DNA from: Bacteroidales bacterium
GTDB lineage: Bacteria; Bacteroidota; Bacteroidia; Bacteroidales; NBLH01
Direction of reading: 5' to 3'
NCBI GenBank assembly: GCA_016937695.1
Contig: JAFGWC010000002.1
Span: forward strand, 2,317 to 66,316
DNA: 64,000 bases
Part shown: positions 29,455 to 40,210 of the stretch, piece after piece
How the letters are laid out: the number at the start of each line of letters is the position of its first letter
Position numbering within the stretch: position 1 is the stretch's first letter
Program-made: the position numbers and the translations under genes
Notes under the pieces: generated by a model
Seen by the model: the letters and a program-made list of their open reading frames with translations, nothing else
Told to the model about the DNA's origin: nothing
Database searches by the model: none

Positions 29455-30777
29455 CTATTTACTTGTAATATCTTTTTGTTTTCTTATCGAATTGTACATA
29501 ATATACATTGCTATAAATAATGTAAAAATAGAAATTCCAAAAACACCTGAAAAACCCATTAATTCATAAAAGAAAATACCAATTAATGGTGCAAAAACTC
29601 CTCTCAAACCTGTTACTGTTAAATGTATTGATTGATATTCAGCAGCTTCTTCGTTTTTGCAAAAATAAGCTGAACCAATATACCATAATAAGGCCATTGT
29701 TGCTGAAAAAATTCCGTAAAAAACATATGAAATAATTAGAGTATAATAAATTTTCAATCCAAAAAAATCAAAATAAAAAGGGAAAAATTCAGTTAATGCC
29801 ATAAAAAATAAATGCATAAGCATTGAACCAAATGTGAAAATCGCAAATTTTCTTGGGTCTATTTTCCCAATTAAATTTCCAAAATATGGTAATGTAATTA
29901 TTGCTAATGTATTATAAGCATTTTTATAAAAAGCAATGCTGGAATAATTTAAATTTAATGATTTTTCAAAAAATATTGTAATAACTGCGGCTGTTGACAT
30001 CCAAGCAAAACCATAATACATAAATGAGATTTCAAAATCTCTGAATGGCTTGTTGTTTTTAAAAATCGCAACCATATTTATAAAAGAGCTTTTTATAGAA
30101 ACAGATATTTTATCTTTTACTAAGGGAATTAAATATGCTTCATATTCAATTTTCGTTAAAATATATATTGACAATATTCCAAGCAAAGCTACAAGTGGAT
30201 AGATATATGTAAATGCGTAATTATCAAAATCTAATATTAATCCAAATAAAAAAGTTGAAATAAGCATCATAATTTTATTTACTGTTGAAGAATATCCATA
30301 TAGTTTCCCGAAATTTTCGTTAGAATAAGAATTTTTAAGTAAATGATTTATAGCAGGAAACAACAATGTATTAGCCAGATAATATATTAAAAATATTAAT
30401 AAAAACACAATTGGAAAGCTAATATTTGCCGAAAGCTCTTCGATATTTTTTGGAAAAAAAACAAAAAATATTAATGGAATTCTTGTAAAAATGGCAACAT
30501 ATCTAATCAGTTTTTTCTTTCGTTTTATTCTCTTTAAAACTTCATTAATTATTATTGAAAGTAATAAAACAATAACAGTAAATTGAAAAAGAAAGCCTAT
30601 TTGATAATTTGAACCTTTTAAACTTTTAACAAGAATAAATTCATTTAAAGCAAAAAGACCAAGTATTAAACCATCTATTATAGAATATATTAAATGTAGA
30701 ATAAAAGTTCGTTTTTCATTTTCGCTAAGATTTGAAAAAGCTCTGAATTCGAAAATATTTGACAATTTCTTTTGCAA
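29455..30777 (-). CDS. MFS-type transporter (about 12 TM)
   Basis: 440 aa, hydrophobic throughout in a two-times-six TM layout. No substrate inference possible. Confidence 0.6.
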   Translation of the reverse strand: MQKKLSNIFEFRAFSNLSENEKRTFILHLIYSIIDGLILGLFALNEFILVKSLKGSNYQIGFLFQFTVIVLLLSIIINEVLKRIKRKKKLIRYVAIFTRIPLIFFVFFPKNIEELSANISFPIVFLLIFLIYYLANTLLFPAINHLLKNSYSNENFGKLYGYSSTVNKIMMLISTFLFGLILDFDNYAFTYIYPLVALLGILSIYILTKIEYEAYLIPLVKDKISVSIKSSFINMVAIFKNNKPFRDFEISFMYYGFAWMSTAAVITIFFEKSLNLNYSSIAFYKNAYNTLAIITLPYFGNLIGKIDPRKFAIFTFGSMLMHLFFMALTEFFPFYFDFFGLKIYYTLIISYVFYGIFSATMALLWYIGSAYFCKNEEAAEYQSIHLTVTGLRGVFAPLIGIFFYELMGFSGVFGISIFTLFIAMYIMYNSIRKQKDITSK

Positions 30778-30963
30778 TGTTTCTTATTTATTTTTTCGGA
30801 CAAAAATACTGTATTTTTTAATTGAATTGTAAATTATACTTAAGTATTTAATTACAGATTTTTATATATTAATATAAAAATTTCCTGTTTTAAATTAAGC
30901 TTATTAATTTAATTTATTCTAATTGTGATATATTTGTATTATCAAAATTTAAATTTATCCGTT

Positions 30964-32298
30964 ATGATAAAAAAAATTTTTTCTTATTTTTCAAATAATT
31001 ATAACAATAACTATATAAGACAAAAGACAGAGCAAGCATTAATAATAGTTAATCTGTTAACTATAGTATTTTCTTCATTTTTTACTTTCTCAATTTTTTT
31101 TAAAGAAGTTTTTGATAAAAATCTGCTTTTAACAGTAATTTTAATAAGTACTTTATCAATATTAACTTTATTTATTCTAAAAAAATGGAATTATAAAATT
31201 GCCGGTAATTTTTTCACTATTGGAAATACTGTTATAATGGCAATTGGAATTCCTCTTTTTATTTTTGAAAGTTTACCGGAAATTAATTATGTACAAGGCT
31301 TTTATATAATTCTTTCTGTATTATCATACAGTCTTATTTTTGCAAATAATAGAGTTTTAATTATAAATGCAATTATAATTTTAATAAGTACATTTAGTTA
31401 TTCATATATTTTAAGTGTAAGATATCCTGAAATTGAAATAATTAAAATTGCAACTTTTAATTATCCTGTTGCAGTTTTTATGCTAACAGTAGTATTATTT
31501 TTTGGTAAAAAATTTAATATTGATGCAATTAAAATTGCAAAAATGGAAGCTGAAAATGCAAAAAATCAAACTCAAAAATTAGAAAATTTATTTAAATCAA
31601 TAAAAGAAACTTCCTTAATATTAGAAAGGCTTTCAGAAGAAATAAAATCATCATCTAACTCATTGAGTACTAGCTCAAATGAGCAAGCAGCAAGTATTGA
31701 AGAAATATCTGCTACAATAGAAGAAGTTAATAATTCTTTTATATTAAATGCTGAAAACGCTGAAATATCAGCAAACAAAGCAAAAAGCACAAGTAATTTA
31801 TCCAAAAAAAGTGAACGTTCTCTAAAAAGAGTTTCTTCTGCCACGAATGATATTTCTAAACGAATTGGGGTTATTAATGATATTGCAAGACAAACGAACT
31901 TATTAGCATTAAATGCAGCAATTGAAGCTGCAAGGGCTGGAAATGCAGGTAAAGGTTTTACAGTTGTTGCCGGCGCAGTAAAAAAGCTTGCAGAAAACAG
32001 TCAAGATTCTGCAAAAGATATTATAAGCCTTGTAAATGAAAGTTTAAATATTTCAGAACAAGCAAATGATTACCTATTAAAAATAATTGAAGAAATAGAT
32101 GAATCTTCAAATCTAAGTACTCATATTTCAGAAGCTATAATTGAGCAAAAAACAGGTATTAATCAAATTAATACGGCAATTTTAGAAATTAATTCAAGTG
32201 CTCAGAATAATGCTGCTATTTCAGAAAATCTTGCATCTAATGTTGATATTTTAAATCAACATGCAGAAAAATTAAAACATTTATTATTAAAGGCATAA
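30964..32298 (+). CDS. methyl-accepting chemotaxis protein-like transducer with polytopic N-terminal membrane domain
   Basis: [43 protein letters not shown]. Five to six N-terminal TM helices. I prefer ATG 30964 to the GTG at 30925 used in the track. Confidence 0.8.
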   Translation: MIKKIFSYFSNNYNNNYIRQKTEQALIIVNLLTIVFSSFFTFSIFFKEVFDKNLLLTVILISTLSILTLFILKKWNYKIAGNFFTIGNTVIMAIGIPLFIFESLPEINYVQGFYIILSVLSYSLIFANNRVLIINAIIILISTFSYSYILSVRYPEIEIIKIATFNYPVAVFMLTVVLFFGKKFNIDAIKIAKMEAENAKNQTQKLENLFKSIKETSLILERLSEEIKSSSNSLSTSSNEQAASIEEISATIEEVNNSFILNAENAEISANKAKSTSNLSKKSERSLKRVSSATNDISKRIGVINDIARQTNLLALNAAIEAARAGNAGKGFTVVAGAVKKLAENSQDSAKDIISLVNESLNISEQANDYLLKIIEEIDESSNLSTHISEAIIEQKTGINQINTAILEINSSAQNNAAISENLASNVDILNQHAEKLKHLLLKA

Positions 32299-32300
32299 AA

Positions 32301-32325
32301 AAAGGCTGTTTTAACCAGCCTTTTT
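32301..32325. terminator. bidirectional terminator between convergent genes
   Basis: AAAGGCTG (32301-32308) / CAGCCTTT (32316-32323) with flanking A-run and T-run. Confidence 0.6.
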
Positions 32326-32344
32326 ATTAAAATTGTTCTTAATC

Positions 32345-33511
32345 TTATAAATGTCCTATTGGATCAGGATCTCCATCAGGATCACCGTTTACATATCCAT
32401 CTGTTCTTGGATTTCCGTTTGTCATTAATAAAACTCCACACATATGAGGCGCAGCCATTGAAGTTCCACTCATTGTAGTATATCCACCGCCTTTGTATGT
32501 AGAATAAATATTGTAGCCTGGCATACAATAATCAACAGGTGTTCCATAATTTGAAAAATATGCCCAATTATCATTGATATCCATAGCTGAAATAGTCCAA
32601 ATATTTGGTCCGTTAACTCTTGCCGGTGAATGGTTTAGAGCATCATCACTTTCGTTTCCTGCAGCTAATGCAAAATATATTCCTGTTTGAGATGCGTAAT
32701 AAACAGCGTCATCTATTGGTTGATAAACTCCACCACCAAGACTCATATTAGCAGCATCACCGGCTGAAGCATGTGCAACAACATAATCAATACCTGAAAT
32801 AATTTGAGAATATGCACCACTACCACTTCTGTCAAGTACTTTTATTGGAACTACGGTAGCACCTGCAGCAACGCCAATTACTCCTAAATCATTATCTTTT
32901 GCAGCAACAATTCCGGCACAATGTGTTCCGTGTCCATTATCGTCATCAGCAGATCTTGCTCTTGTATAATTAGCTGCTCTTGAAACATCTACAGTTAAAT
33001 CAGGATGATCATAATCAATCCCAGTGTCAATAATCCAAGCTGTTCTGCCAACTCCGTTAGCTGTTCCAACTCTTGTAATTCCATAAGGCACTTCTTCGCC
33101 TGCAGGTGGTGGTGGAGTTGGTTTTTTGTTAATATGCATATCGCCTAAAGAAAACATTTTATCGGCAACAATATATTTAACTCTTGAATCATTTTTTAAT
33201 CTATTTAATTCATCATCACTAAGTTTTGCTGAAAATCCGCGAATTGCAGTTCCATAAGTTAATTGAACTGACTCTACCGAAATAGAATTTTGAATTGCCA
33301 TTTCTTTAGCTTCTTCTTTTACTGCTTTAAGTTTTGAAGTGAAATCAAGTGTAGAAAAGGCTTTGTTGGGAGACACATTCAAAACTACAATGTACTGATT
33401 TGGAATAATTTCATCAAATGATTGAACATCTTGTTTTGATAATTGCTCTTCTTTTTGACATGAGTATAATATCATACCCATAGCCAAAATAGTTAATAGA
33501 ATTTTTTTCAT
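32345..33511 (-). CDS. secreted subtilisin-like serine protease (S8) with I9 inhibitor propeptide
   Basis: Lipoprotein-like signal (..LYSC), propeptide (YIVVL...RGFSAKLSDDELNRLKNDSRVKYI) and the catalytic triad contexts IDTGIDYDHPDL, HGTHCAGIVAA, GTSMAAPHMCG. Confidence 0.9.
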   Translation of the reverse strand: MKKILLTILAMGMILYSCQKEEQLSKQDVQSFDEIIPNQYIVVLNVSPNKAFSTLDFTSKLKAVKEEAKEMAIQNSISVESVQLTYGTAIRGFSAKLSDDELNRLKNDSRVKYIVADKMFSLGDMHINKKPTPPPPAGEEVPYGITRVGTANGVGRTAWIIDTGIDYDHPDLTVDVSRAANYTRARSADDDNGHGTHCAGIVAAKDNDLGVIGVAAGATVVPIKVLDRSGSGAYSQIISGIDYVVAHASAGDAANMSLGGGVYQPIDDAVYYASQTGIYFALAAGNESDDALNHSPARVNGPNIWTISAMDINDNWAYFSNYGTPVDYCMPGYNIYSTYKGGGYTTMSGTSMAAPHMCGVLLMTNGNPRTDGYVNGDPDGDPDPIGHL

Positions 33512-33773
33512 TATTAAAAAATATTAGTTGTAAATAGATTGAACAAATTTAACGATTTATTGAAACATAAAACTTATAAAATTCAGCTCTATTTTAATGA
33601 AATTAAGCACATAAAGCAATTACAGCATACAGATTTTACAGTATTATTATAAAATACAATTTTAATTTTAACTTATTTTAAGATATTAAGCTATTAACAT
33701 AAATAGAATAATAATTGTGAAAAAAAATTAAAAATACTATCTTTCCATTTTAAAATAACTAAAACCTATTAAA

Positions 33774-35468
33774 GTGGAAAATCAAGAATGGAAACTGCCT
33801 TTAATCAATAATTATTTAGATAAATGGGCAATAAAAACACCAAAACAAATTGCTATTATTCAACACGAAGATGATAAATCTGTTACTTATAAAGGTTTAC
33901 AAACACTTACAGATTTTTTTGCATTAAGATTAGTAGATTTAGGAATAAAAAAAGGAGATATTATTGCAACGCAACTTGCACTTTTTCCTGAACATATAGC
34001 CTTAATGTATGCATGCTTAAAAATTGGGGTAATTTTTTCACCTATGGATTTACGTTTAAAAAAAGAAGAAGTAAAAAGAGATCTTGATAAAATTAAACCT
34101 AAAATGTTTTTCTTTTTAGGAAAAACACCAATAATCGATTTTAACGAAATAGGCGAATATATAAGAGATAACTGTAATTACATTGATTTTCTTGTTCAAG
34201 TACTTGCCGATCCTAGTAAAGAAACATCAATAAAAGGAGCAATTACAATTCAGCAGATGATGTCGAAACCTAAATTAGTTTGGTTGAAAATTAAAGATGT
34301 TTTCTCTAATAATCTAAACAAAATTTACAAAACAATTAATACAAAAGATGCCGCAATTATAATATTCACTACAGGAACAACAGGAACACCAAAACCAGCT
34401 TTAATGAGTCATGAAAATGTAATTGTTCAGAATCAAATTTTGGCTGAAGGAACAGGAATGATTCAAAAAGATATTACTTTGGTCAATTTGCCTCCAAGTC
34501 ATGTTGGCTGTTTAACAGAAGCTATGCTTTCTACTTTTTATCTTGGCGGGACAGCTGTTTTCCTAAAAGTATTTAATGTTCAACTTTCTTTGCAAGCCAT
34601 TGAAAAACACAAAGTTACACTGTTAGGCCAAATACCGACTCAGTATAGAATGATGTGGGCAGAGCCTGATTATGACAAATACGATTTATCTAGTTTGCGC
34701 TTTGCTATTTATGGTGGTTCTGCTGTTGATGTAGAATTTTTGAATAAATTAGCTTCAATGGCGCCAAAATTTGGAACTGGAATAGGAATGACTGAAACTG
34801 CCGGTTTTTCAACTTTTACTCCGGATGGAATTACTGTTGAAGAAATGGCTGGACAAGTTGGTAGATATTTTGAACATCTTGGTAAAGTTACAATTCGCAA
34901 GCCTATGAAAGAAGATGGAAGCGCCGGCGAAGAACAAATCGATGGAGAAATTGGTGAAATATGTTACTCGGCGCCAATTGTATTTATGGGATATTATAAT
35001 TTTCCTGAAGAAACAAAAAAAACAATTTCAACAGATGGAATTTTATATAGCGGAGATTTAGGATATTTTAAAAATATGAGCAATTACAAAGCTCTTTATC
35101 TTTCCGGTCGCGAAAAATTTGTCATAAAACAAAAAGGTTATCAGGTTTTTCCCGATGAGGTTCAAGCCTTTATTGCCGAACATCCAAAAGTTGACCAAGT
35201 TGACGTAATTGGTGTTAAACATAAGATTTTTGATGAAGGAATTTTTGCTTTTGTAAAACCAAAAAAAGATGAGAACCTTAATGCAGAAGAAATTATGGAA
35301 CATTGTAAAAATATTGCTTCGTACAAAAGGCCTCAACACATCGAATTATGGCCTGTTGATAAAGATTTTCCAATTACTCGCTCTACAAAAATTGATAAAC
35401 TCGAATTACAAAAAGAAGCTATTCTTATTGTTGAAAATTTAAGAACTCAAGGAAAATGGGATGCTTAA
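33774..35468 (+). CDS. AMP-dependent acyl-CoA synthetase/ligase (adenylate-forming enzyme)
   Basis: GTG start. IIFTTGTTGTPKPALMSH (AMP-binding P-loop), GIGMTET, YSGDLGYF, and the C-terminal KRPQHIELWP...TRSTKIDK. Confidence 0.85.
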   Translation: MENQEWKLPLINNYLDKWAIKTPKQIAIIQHEDDKSVTYKGLQTLTDFFALRLVDLGIKKGDIIATQLALFPEHIALMYACLKIGVIFSPMDLRLKKEEVKRDLDKIKPKMFFFLGKTPIIDFNEIGEYIRDNCNYIDFLVQVLADPSKETSIKGAITIQQMMSKPKLVWLKIKDVFSNNLNKIYKTINTKDAAIIIFTTGTTGTPKPALMSHENVIVQNQILAEGTGMIQKDITLVNLPPSHVGCLTEAMLSTFYLGGTAVFLKVFNVQLSLQAIEKHKVTLLGQIPTQYRMMWAEPDYDKYDLSSLRFAIYGGSAVDVEFLNKLASMAPKFGTGIGMTETAGFSTFTPDGITVEEMAGQVGRYFEHLGKVTIRKPMKEDGSAGEEQIDGEIGEICYSAPIVFMGYYNFPEETKKTISTDGILYSGDLGYFKNMSNYKALYLSGREKFVIKQKGYQVFPDEVQAFIAEHPKVDQVDVIGVKHKIFDEGIFAFVKPKKDENLNAEEIMEHCKNIASYKRPQHIELWPVDKDFPITRSTKIDKLELQKEAILIVENLRTQGKWDA

Positions 35469-35498
35469 ATCCAAATTAATTTTATTTTACTAATTTTG

Positions 35499-35530
35499 CC
35501 GGACTTTATTTATAGAGTCCGGTTTTTTTT
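35499..35530 (+). terminator. rho-independent terminator
   Basis: CCGGACT.../...AGTCCGG stem followed by T8 (35523-35530), 31 nt after the stop at 35468. Confidence 0.7.
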
Positions 35531-35606
35531 GCTTAAATACCTAATTTTTATTTTTATTAAAAAATAAAAAAAAAATAACTTAACAATCTAATTTTCAAAG
35601 CATTAA

Positions 35607-37547
35607 ATGTTTAATTTTAATTATAAGCAAATATTATTTTTTTACATTATTGCTTTTATTTCGCTTAAATACGAAGTAAAAGCACAAATGACATTATTGG
35701 ACACTTTAAAAATAAAAGCCGGTTATATTTTAAAAACAAACGATACCATAATTAAAACAAATAATGATACAACTATTGTCGTAAAATCAGGCTCTAAATA
35801 CAAAATAAAAGAAGGTCAAGAAATAAAATCGGAAAGGTTTTATAATAATATTAAAGATAAATCTAAAAAAAATTGGTTTTTCAGAGAATTATATAATAAT
35901 TTTATCATTCCTGAAAAAGACACTATTAAAAAAATTTTAAGCGAATTTATAAAAAGTGATGAAGCTTTTATTCCTTATGAAGGTAAAATAATTGGGACAA
36001 TTAAATTTAAAAGTTTGGATATCTTTGGTGGATCTGTCTCTGATACAAGCCTTTACACTAAATCGAAAGTTTTTAAATCTATTGAAAATACACATATAAA
36101 TACCAGAAATTCTGCATTAAGAAAAAACCTTTTATTTAAATCAGGAAATAAAATCGACCCAATTATATTTGCTGATACCGAAAGAAAACTAAGGTCTTTA
36201 GCATACATAAGTGATGCTAGAATATTAATTGAAACAAGAGAATTTAATAGAGAAGTTGTTGATATTATTATAGTTACAAAAGATAATTATTCTTTAGCCA
36301 TTGATGGAGCATTAAGCAGTTTACAGGATTGGCATGTCAGAGTTACTGATAAAAACTTTTTAGGATTAGGAAATGAACTTTCAAACACATTATTTTACGA
36401 TAAATCTGATTATCCGATTTACGGATATAATGGCTACTATGTGATTGATAATATTGCAAGTAGCTTTATTAAAGGTGAAATTAATTATTTAAGTACAGCC
36501 CAAAGCAATCATTTAATTTTTGATTTTAAACGAAATTTCATATCAGTAAAAACAAAATATGGTGGTGGGTTAAGTTTTGGTCAAATTAACGAAAATTGGA
36601 CTTATTATTATCGCGACAGCACTTTTGCTATTCCTTTTAAAAGAAATTTTGCTGATTTGTGGATTGGCAGAGCTTTTATCATTGATAAAAAGAATAAAAA
36701 GAAAAGTGTTGTTTTATCAAGTAGATTTTATTTTCAAAATCATTTAAAAAGAGACATTGTAAATGCCGACACTAACCAGTTTTTGCATAATAACAAAATT
36801 GCTCTAGCTAGTATAATATACAGAAACAGAGACTTTTACAAAACTTCTATGTTGTTAGAATATGGACTTATTGAAGATGTGCCAATTGGTTTATTATTGC
36901 AAATTACCGGTGGAACAGAATTTGGCGAATTTCAAAATAGAAATTATTTCAGTATTAAAGCAGGTAAAGCTCTCATTTTAAAATCGGATAAATATATTGC
37001 AATATCTGCAAATTACGGTTCGTATTTTAACAAATTAAAAAATGAAGAAGCTTTAGCAAAATTTAATTTCCGATATTTCTCTAATCTGCAAAAATTCAGA
37101 ATTTATAAATTCAGACAAGTTGTAGAACTAAGTTATACCGAGAGTTTTAACAGTTTATATTACCAAAATTTCAGTTTTTCGAACGAAATTTATGGCATAA
37201 ATTCTTTTTCGCCCAGAGGCGTTCAAAAAGCCTCATTAAATTTTGAAACAATATCGTTTTTACCTATTTGTTTCTATAAATTTAAATTTGCAGCTTATAA
37301 TTTCATAGATATGGGATTTATAAACTCAAATACAAACTTATACAACAAAGAAAATTTTTATACAGGTTTTGGATTTGGGTTAAGAATAAGCAATAAAAAC
37401 CTGGTATTCAGCACTTTAAATATTTCTTTCTCTTTTTATCCTAAAATTAACAATGGTGCTGCAAATTATTTACTTAACTTTGAAGCTAATGATTCTAAAC
37501 TGTTTAAAGAAATTGATATTACAAAACCCGATATTTTAAAATTTTAG
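35607..37547 (+). CDS. outer-membrane beta-barrel protein, Omp85/BamA-like (POTRA-like N-terminal region)
   Basis: Signal peptide ending ..VKAQ. POTRA-like segment (IGTIKFKSLDIFGGS...RNSALRKNLLFKSGNKIDP...ERKLRSLAYISDARI). Long beta-strand region ending ..DILKF (terminal Phe). Confidence 0.45.
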   Translation: MFNFNYKQILFFYIIAFISLKYEVKAQMTLLDTLKIKAGYILKTNDTIIKTNNDTTIVVKSGSKYKIKEGQEIKSERFYNNIKDKSKKNWFFRELYNNFIIPEKDTIKKILSEFIKSDEAFIPYEGKIIGTIKFKSLDIFGGSVSDTSLYTKSKVFKSIENTHINTRNSALRKNLLFKSGNKIDPIIFADTERKLRSLAYISDARILIETREFNREVVDIIIVTKDNYSLAIDGALSSLQDWHVRVTDKNFLGLGNELSNTLFYDKSDYPIYGYNGYYVIDNIASSFIKGEINYLSTAQSNHLIFDFKRNFISVKTKYGGGLSFGQINENWTYYYRDSTFAIPFKRNFADLWIGRAFIIDKKNKKKSVVLSSRFYFQNHLKRDIVNADTNQFLHNNKIALASIIYRNRDFYKTSMLLEYGLIEDVPIGLLLQITGGTEFGEFQNRNYFSIKAGKALILKSDKYIAISANYGSYFNKLKNEEALAKFNFRYFSNLQKFRIYKFRQVVELSYTESFNSLYYQNFSFSNEIYGINSFSPRGVQKASLNFETISFLPICFYKFKFAAYNFIDMGFINSNTNLYNKENFYTGFGFGLRISNKNLVFSTLNISFSFYPKINNGAANYLLNFEANDSKLFKEIDITKPDILKF

Positions 37548-37551
37548 TTTT

Positions 37552-38439
37552 ATGTCAGCACTTAAAAATTTAATTATTGCAATAAAATTTATTTTTAGAA
37601 AAAGGCTAAATATTTCTGATGAAGTAATAAATTACAAAATCAAAAGCATTAATTATTTTGCTGATATAGAGTCAATTAACAATTACAATATCGTTGTTTC
37701 CGATTTTAAAACCAATATTTCTAAAAAAGCGCATCCATTGTTTTACACAAAAATAAGCTGGAATATTATTGAAAATTTGAATGAATTACTTGAAACCAAA
37801 ATTGATGATGCAATTTTAAAAACAATTATTCATCAATCTGAAAACATTGAATTTTATGATGTTTTAACAGCAAATACAAATATTAAAGTTGAAAGCAAAA
37901 TTTGGGAAATAAAAAAACACAAAAAAGGCACAAAAATGCTTATCAGAGTTGATTATTTTACTGATAATAAGCTTATTGCAACTGAATATTCCGGCGGTTT
38001 ACTTTTTGGAGTTAAACTTATTGGCGAAAATAAAAATTTAGGCGAAATTAAAAAGTTTAGTACAACTACTGAAAATTCTATTTTTGAAAATAAAATAAAT
38101 ATTGATAAAAATCTACCTTATTTATATGCTGAAAAAGCAGAAATTGATGCGCCAATTCATACAAATCCTAAGTTTGCAAAATCTATTGGTTTGCCCGATA
38201 TAATTTTACAAGGAACTTGTACTTTTGCAAAATCAATAAGCTCCATTATACATAACAATTTAAATATCAACACATTAAAAATAAAATCGGTTTCAGCCAA
38301 GTTTACAGGAATTGTATTAACACCAAATATAATTAGCGTAAAAATCAGCAATAAAACAGAAAACCAAATATTATTTAATGTTTACAATAATAAAAATGAA
38401 GCCGTTATAAAAGGCGGCGAAATTATTTATGAATTATAA
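37552..38439 (+). CDS. MaoC-like dehydratase family protein (double hotdog)
   Basis: C-terminal half: AEIDAPIHTNPKFAKSIGLPDIILQGTCTFA matches the MaoC hydratase motif (D..NPIH.D...A...G.....HG). The gene starts 4 nt after the preceding stop. Confidence 0.55.
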   Translation: MSALKNLIIAIKFIFRKRLNISDEVINYKIKSINYFADIESINNYNIVVSDFKTNISKKAHPLFYTKISWNIIENLNELLETKIDDAILKTIIHQSENIEFYDVLTANTNIKVESKIWEIKKHKKGTKMLIRVDYFTDNKLIATEYSGGLLFGVKLIGENKNLGEIKKFSTTTENSIFENKINIDKNLPYLYAEKAEIDAPIHTNPKFAKSIGLPDIILQGTCTFAKSISSIIHNNLNINTLKIKSVSAKFTGIVLTPNIISVKISNKTENQILFNVYNNKNEAVIKGGEIIYEL

Positions 38440-38488
38440 AAAAGTTTAATAACATTTGTCTTTTACAAAAACGGTAAATTTTCCAGTA

Positions 38489-39550
38489 TCAAATTACAAT
38501 TTTTGGTGCTTTATATCTTCTCCAAAATTTATATTTGGTTATGGATGTGTATAAAATAATTTTATTAAAAAACTTGTATTTCAGCAGAAAATGGAGCAGT
38601 TTGTAACTTAAATAAACATTAAAAATAGCAATAAATGTAATAAATGAATTATATATAATATCTATAATAAAAGGATTTTCACTAACATTAAACAGCTCAT
38701 TATCAACTATTTTACCAATAACAAAACTTGGCAAAACAGAAATTATAAGCCACCAAATAAAAAAAGTATATCCATGAACAGTTTCAATAGCTCTTTTCGG
38801 ACAATTATTCATGCATTTCATACAGCTTTCGCACTTAAAAGTCCAATACATTCTTCCATTAATTTGCTCAATTGCATTTACAGGGCAATTCTTAATGCAT
38901 AAACCACAATTATTGCATAAATCACTAGCAATAAATGTTTTAGCAATAGCAAAACGCCCAATAAAGTAATATCCTAAAGCTACAGGGCTTACAATTAAGT
39001 CTACTGGCAAAGAAATTAAAGCTTTACATGATTTCTGGCCTGAAAGTATTTTTTTAGCAAAATTTTTAGTTTTTTTTTCACATCTTTTAAAAATTGACAT
39101 TACAACTTTTTCTTTTAATCCGGGATGTAAAGAAATCCAATTTGACGGTAAATCCATTGGCTGCATACCTACTACTTTATATCCTTTTAATTTCCAATAT
39201 ATTACAGGTAAAATTTGTGCAATTCCACTAATTCCAGGCAAAAATATTTTATGTAATTTCATTCCTGCTCTGGTATTTAAAATAAAAAAATCGGCATTCT
39301 TTACATTTGGAAAATTATAGATAAACTTCAACATTATTGGTGGCAAATTAAATCCATGAGTTGGAGAGCAAAAACCGATTAACGTTTTTGAATTAATATC
39401 TTTAAGCATATTAAATTCAAAATCAGTAATATTTACTAAATTTGTTGTAATATTCATACTATCAGCAATTTGCACAATCCATTCGGCAGCTTTTTGTGCA
39501 TTTCCAGTTCCTGAAAAATAAAAAACAATTAAATTTTTATAGCAACTCAT
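38489..39550 (-). CDS. EFR1-family ferredoxin (flavodoxin-like domain + 2x[4Fe-4S] + C-terminal TM helices)
   Basis: VFYFSGTGNAQK flavodoxin-like start. Two ferredoxin motifs, CNNCGLCIKNCP and CESCMKCMNNCP. Hydrophobic C-terminus. Confidence 0.7.
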   Translation of the reverse strand: MSCYKNLIVFYFSGTGNAQKAAEWIVQIADSMNITTNLVNITDFEFNMLKDINSKTLIGFCSPTHGFNLPPIMLKFIYNFPNVKNADFFILNTRAGMKLHKIFLPGISGIAQILPVIYWKLKGYKVVGMQPMDLPSNWISLHPGLKEKVVMSIFKRCEKKTKNFAKKILSGQKSCKALISLPVDLIVSPVALGYYFIGRFAIAKTFIASDLCNNCGLCIKNCPVNAIEQINGRMYWTFKCESCMKCMNNCPKRAIETVHGYTFFIWWLIISVLPSFVIGKIVDNELFNVSENPFIIDIIYNSFITFIAIFNVYLSYKLLHFLLKYKFFNKIILYTSITKYKFWRRYKAPKIVI

Positions 39551-39649
39551 AAAATCAAAAAATAAAAGATAAAAACATCTTTTTTACTTGTATTTTATTT
39601 TTATTTAATCTATTTTTGTATTGTAAATTTAAAACTAAAATTAAGAATA

Positions 39650-40165
39650 ATGGAAAAAAATAATTTAAAAGTTACATTTAAATCAGGTCCTGTAACTTTA
39701 AAAGGAAAAGAAATAAAAGTAGGTGATAAAGCTCCGGATTTTACTGCATTAGGAAATTCTCTAAATCCGGTAAAATTATCTGATTATAAAGGAAAAGTTG
39801 TTATTGTTTCAGTTTTCCCTTCACTAGACACTCCTGTTTGTGCAACTCAAAACAGAACTTTTAACAAAGAAGCATCTAATTTAACTGAAGATATAGTAAT
39901 TATTGGTATTTCAAACGATTTACCTTTTGCGCAAAGTCGTTTTTGCGGTGCCGAAGGAATTGATAAAGTTGTTACAGTTTCAGATTACAGAGATTTAAAT
40001 TTTAGCGAAAACTATGGTTTTTTAATTGATGAATTAAGGTTATTAGCAAGAGGAACAGTTGTTATTGATAAAAATGGAATTGTAAAACATGTAGAATATG
40101 TTCCTGAAGTAACAAATGAGCCTAATTACGAAGCAGCTCTTAAAGTTGCAAAGAGTTTAGTTTAA
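39650..40165 (+). CDS. tpx: thiol peroxidase (atypical 2-Cys peroxiredoxin)
   Basis: GDKAPDFTA..., VFPSLDTPVCATQ (peroxidatic Cys), SNDLPFAQSRFCGAEG (resolving Cys). Confidence 0.9.
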   Translation: MEKNNLKVTFKSGPVTLKGKEIKVGDKAPDFTALGNSLNPVKLSDYKGKVVIVSVFPSLDTPVCATQNRTFNKEASNLTEDIVIIGISNDLPFAQSRFCGAEGIDKVVTVSDYRDLNFSENYGFLIDELRLLARGTVVIDKNGIVKHVEYVPEVTNEPNYEAALKVAKSLV

Positions 40166-40180
40166 GTTTAATATGTTTGA

Positions 40181-40210
40181 AAAGCCGATTTAATTATCGG
40201 CTTTTATTTT
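40181..40210 (+). terminator. tpx terminator hairpin
   Basis: AAAGCCGAT (40181-40189) / ATCGGCTTT (40196-40204) followed by T-rich sequence. Overlaps the last codons of the convergent 77-aa ORF. Confidence 0.6.

Noticed and set aside
30859-30880. 22-bp palindrome TTTTTATAT-ATTA-ATATAAAAA between the MFS and MCP genes, and similar AT-only palindromes (for example TAAATTTA upstream of tpx)
   Set aside because: Composed only of A/T in a ~29% GC genome. Such palindromes are expected by chance and carry little information without conservation data.
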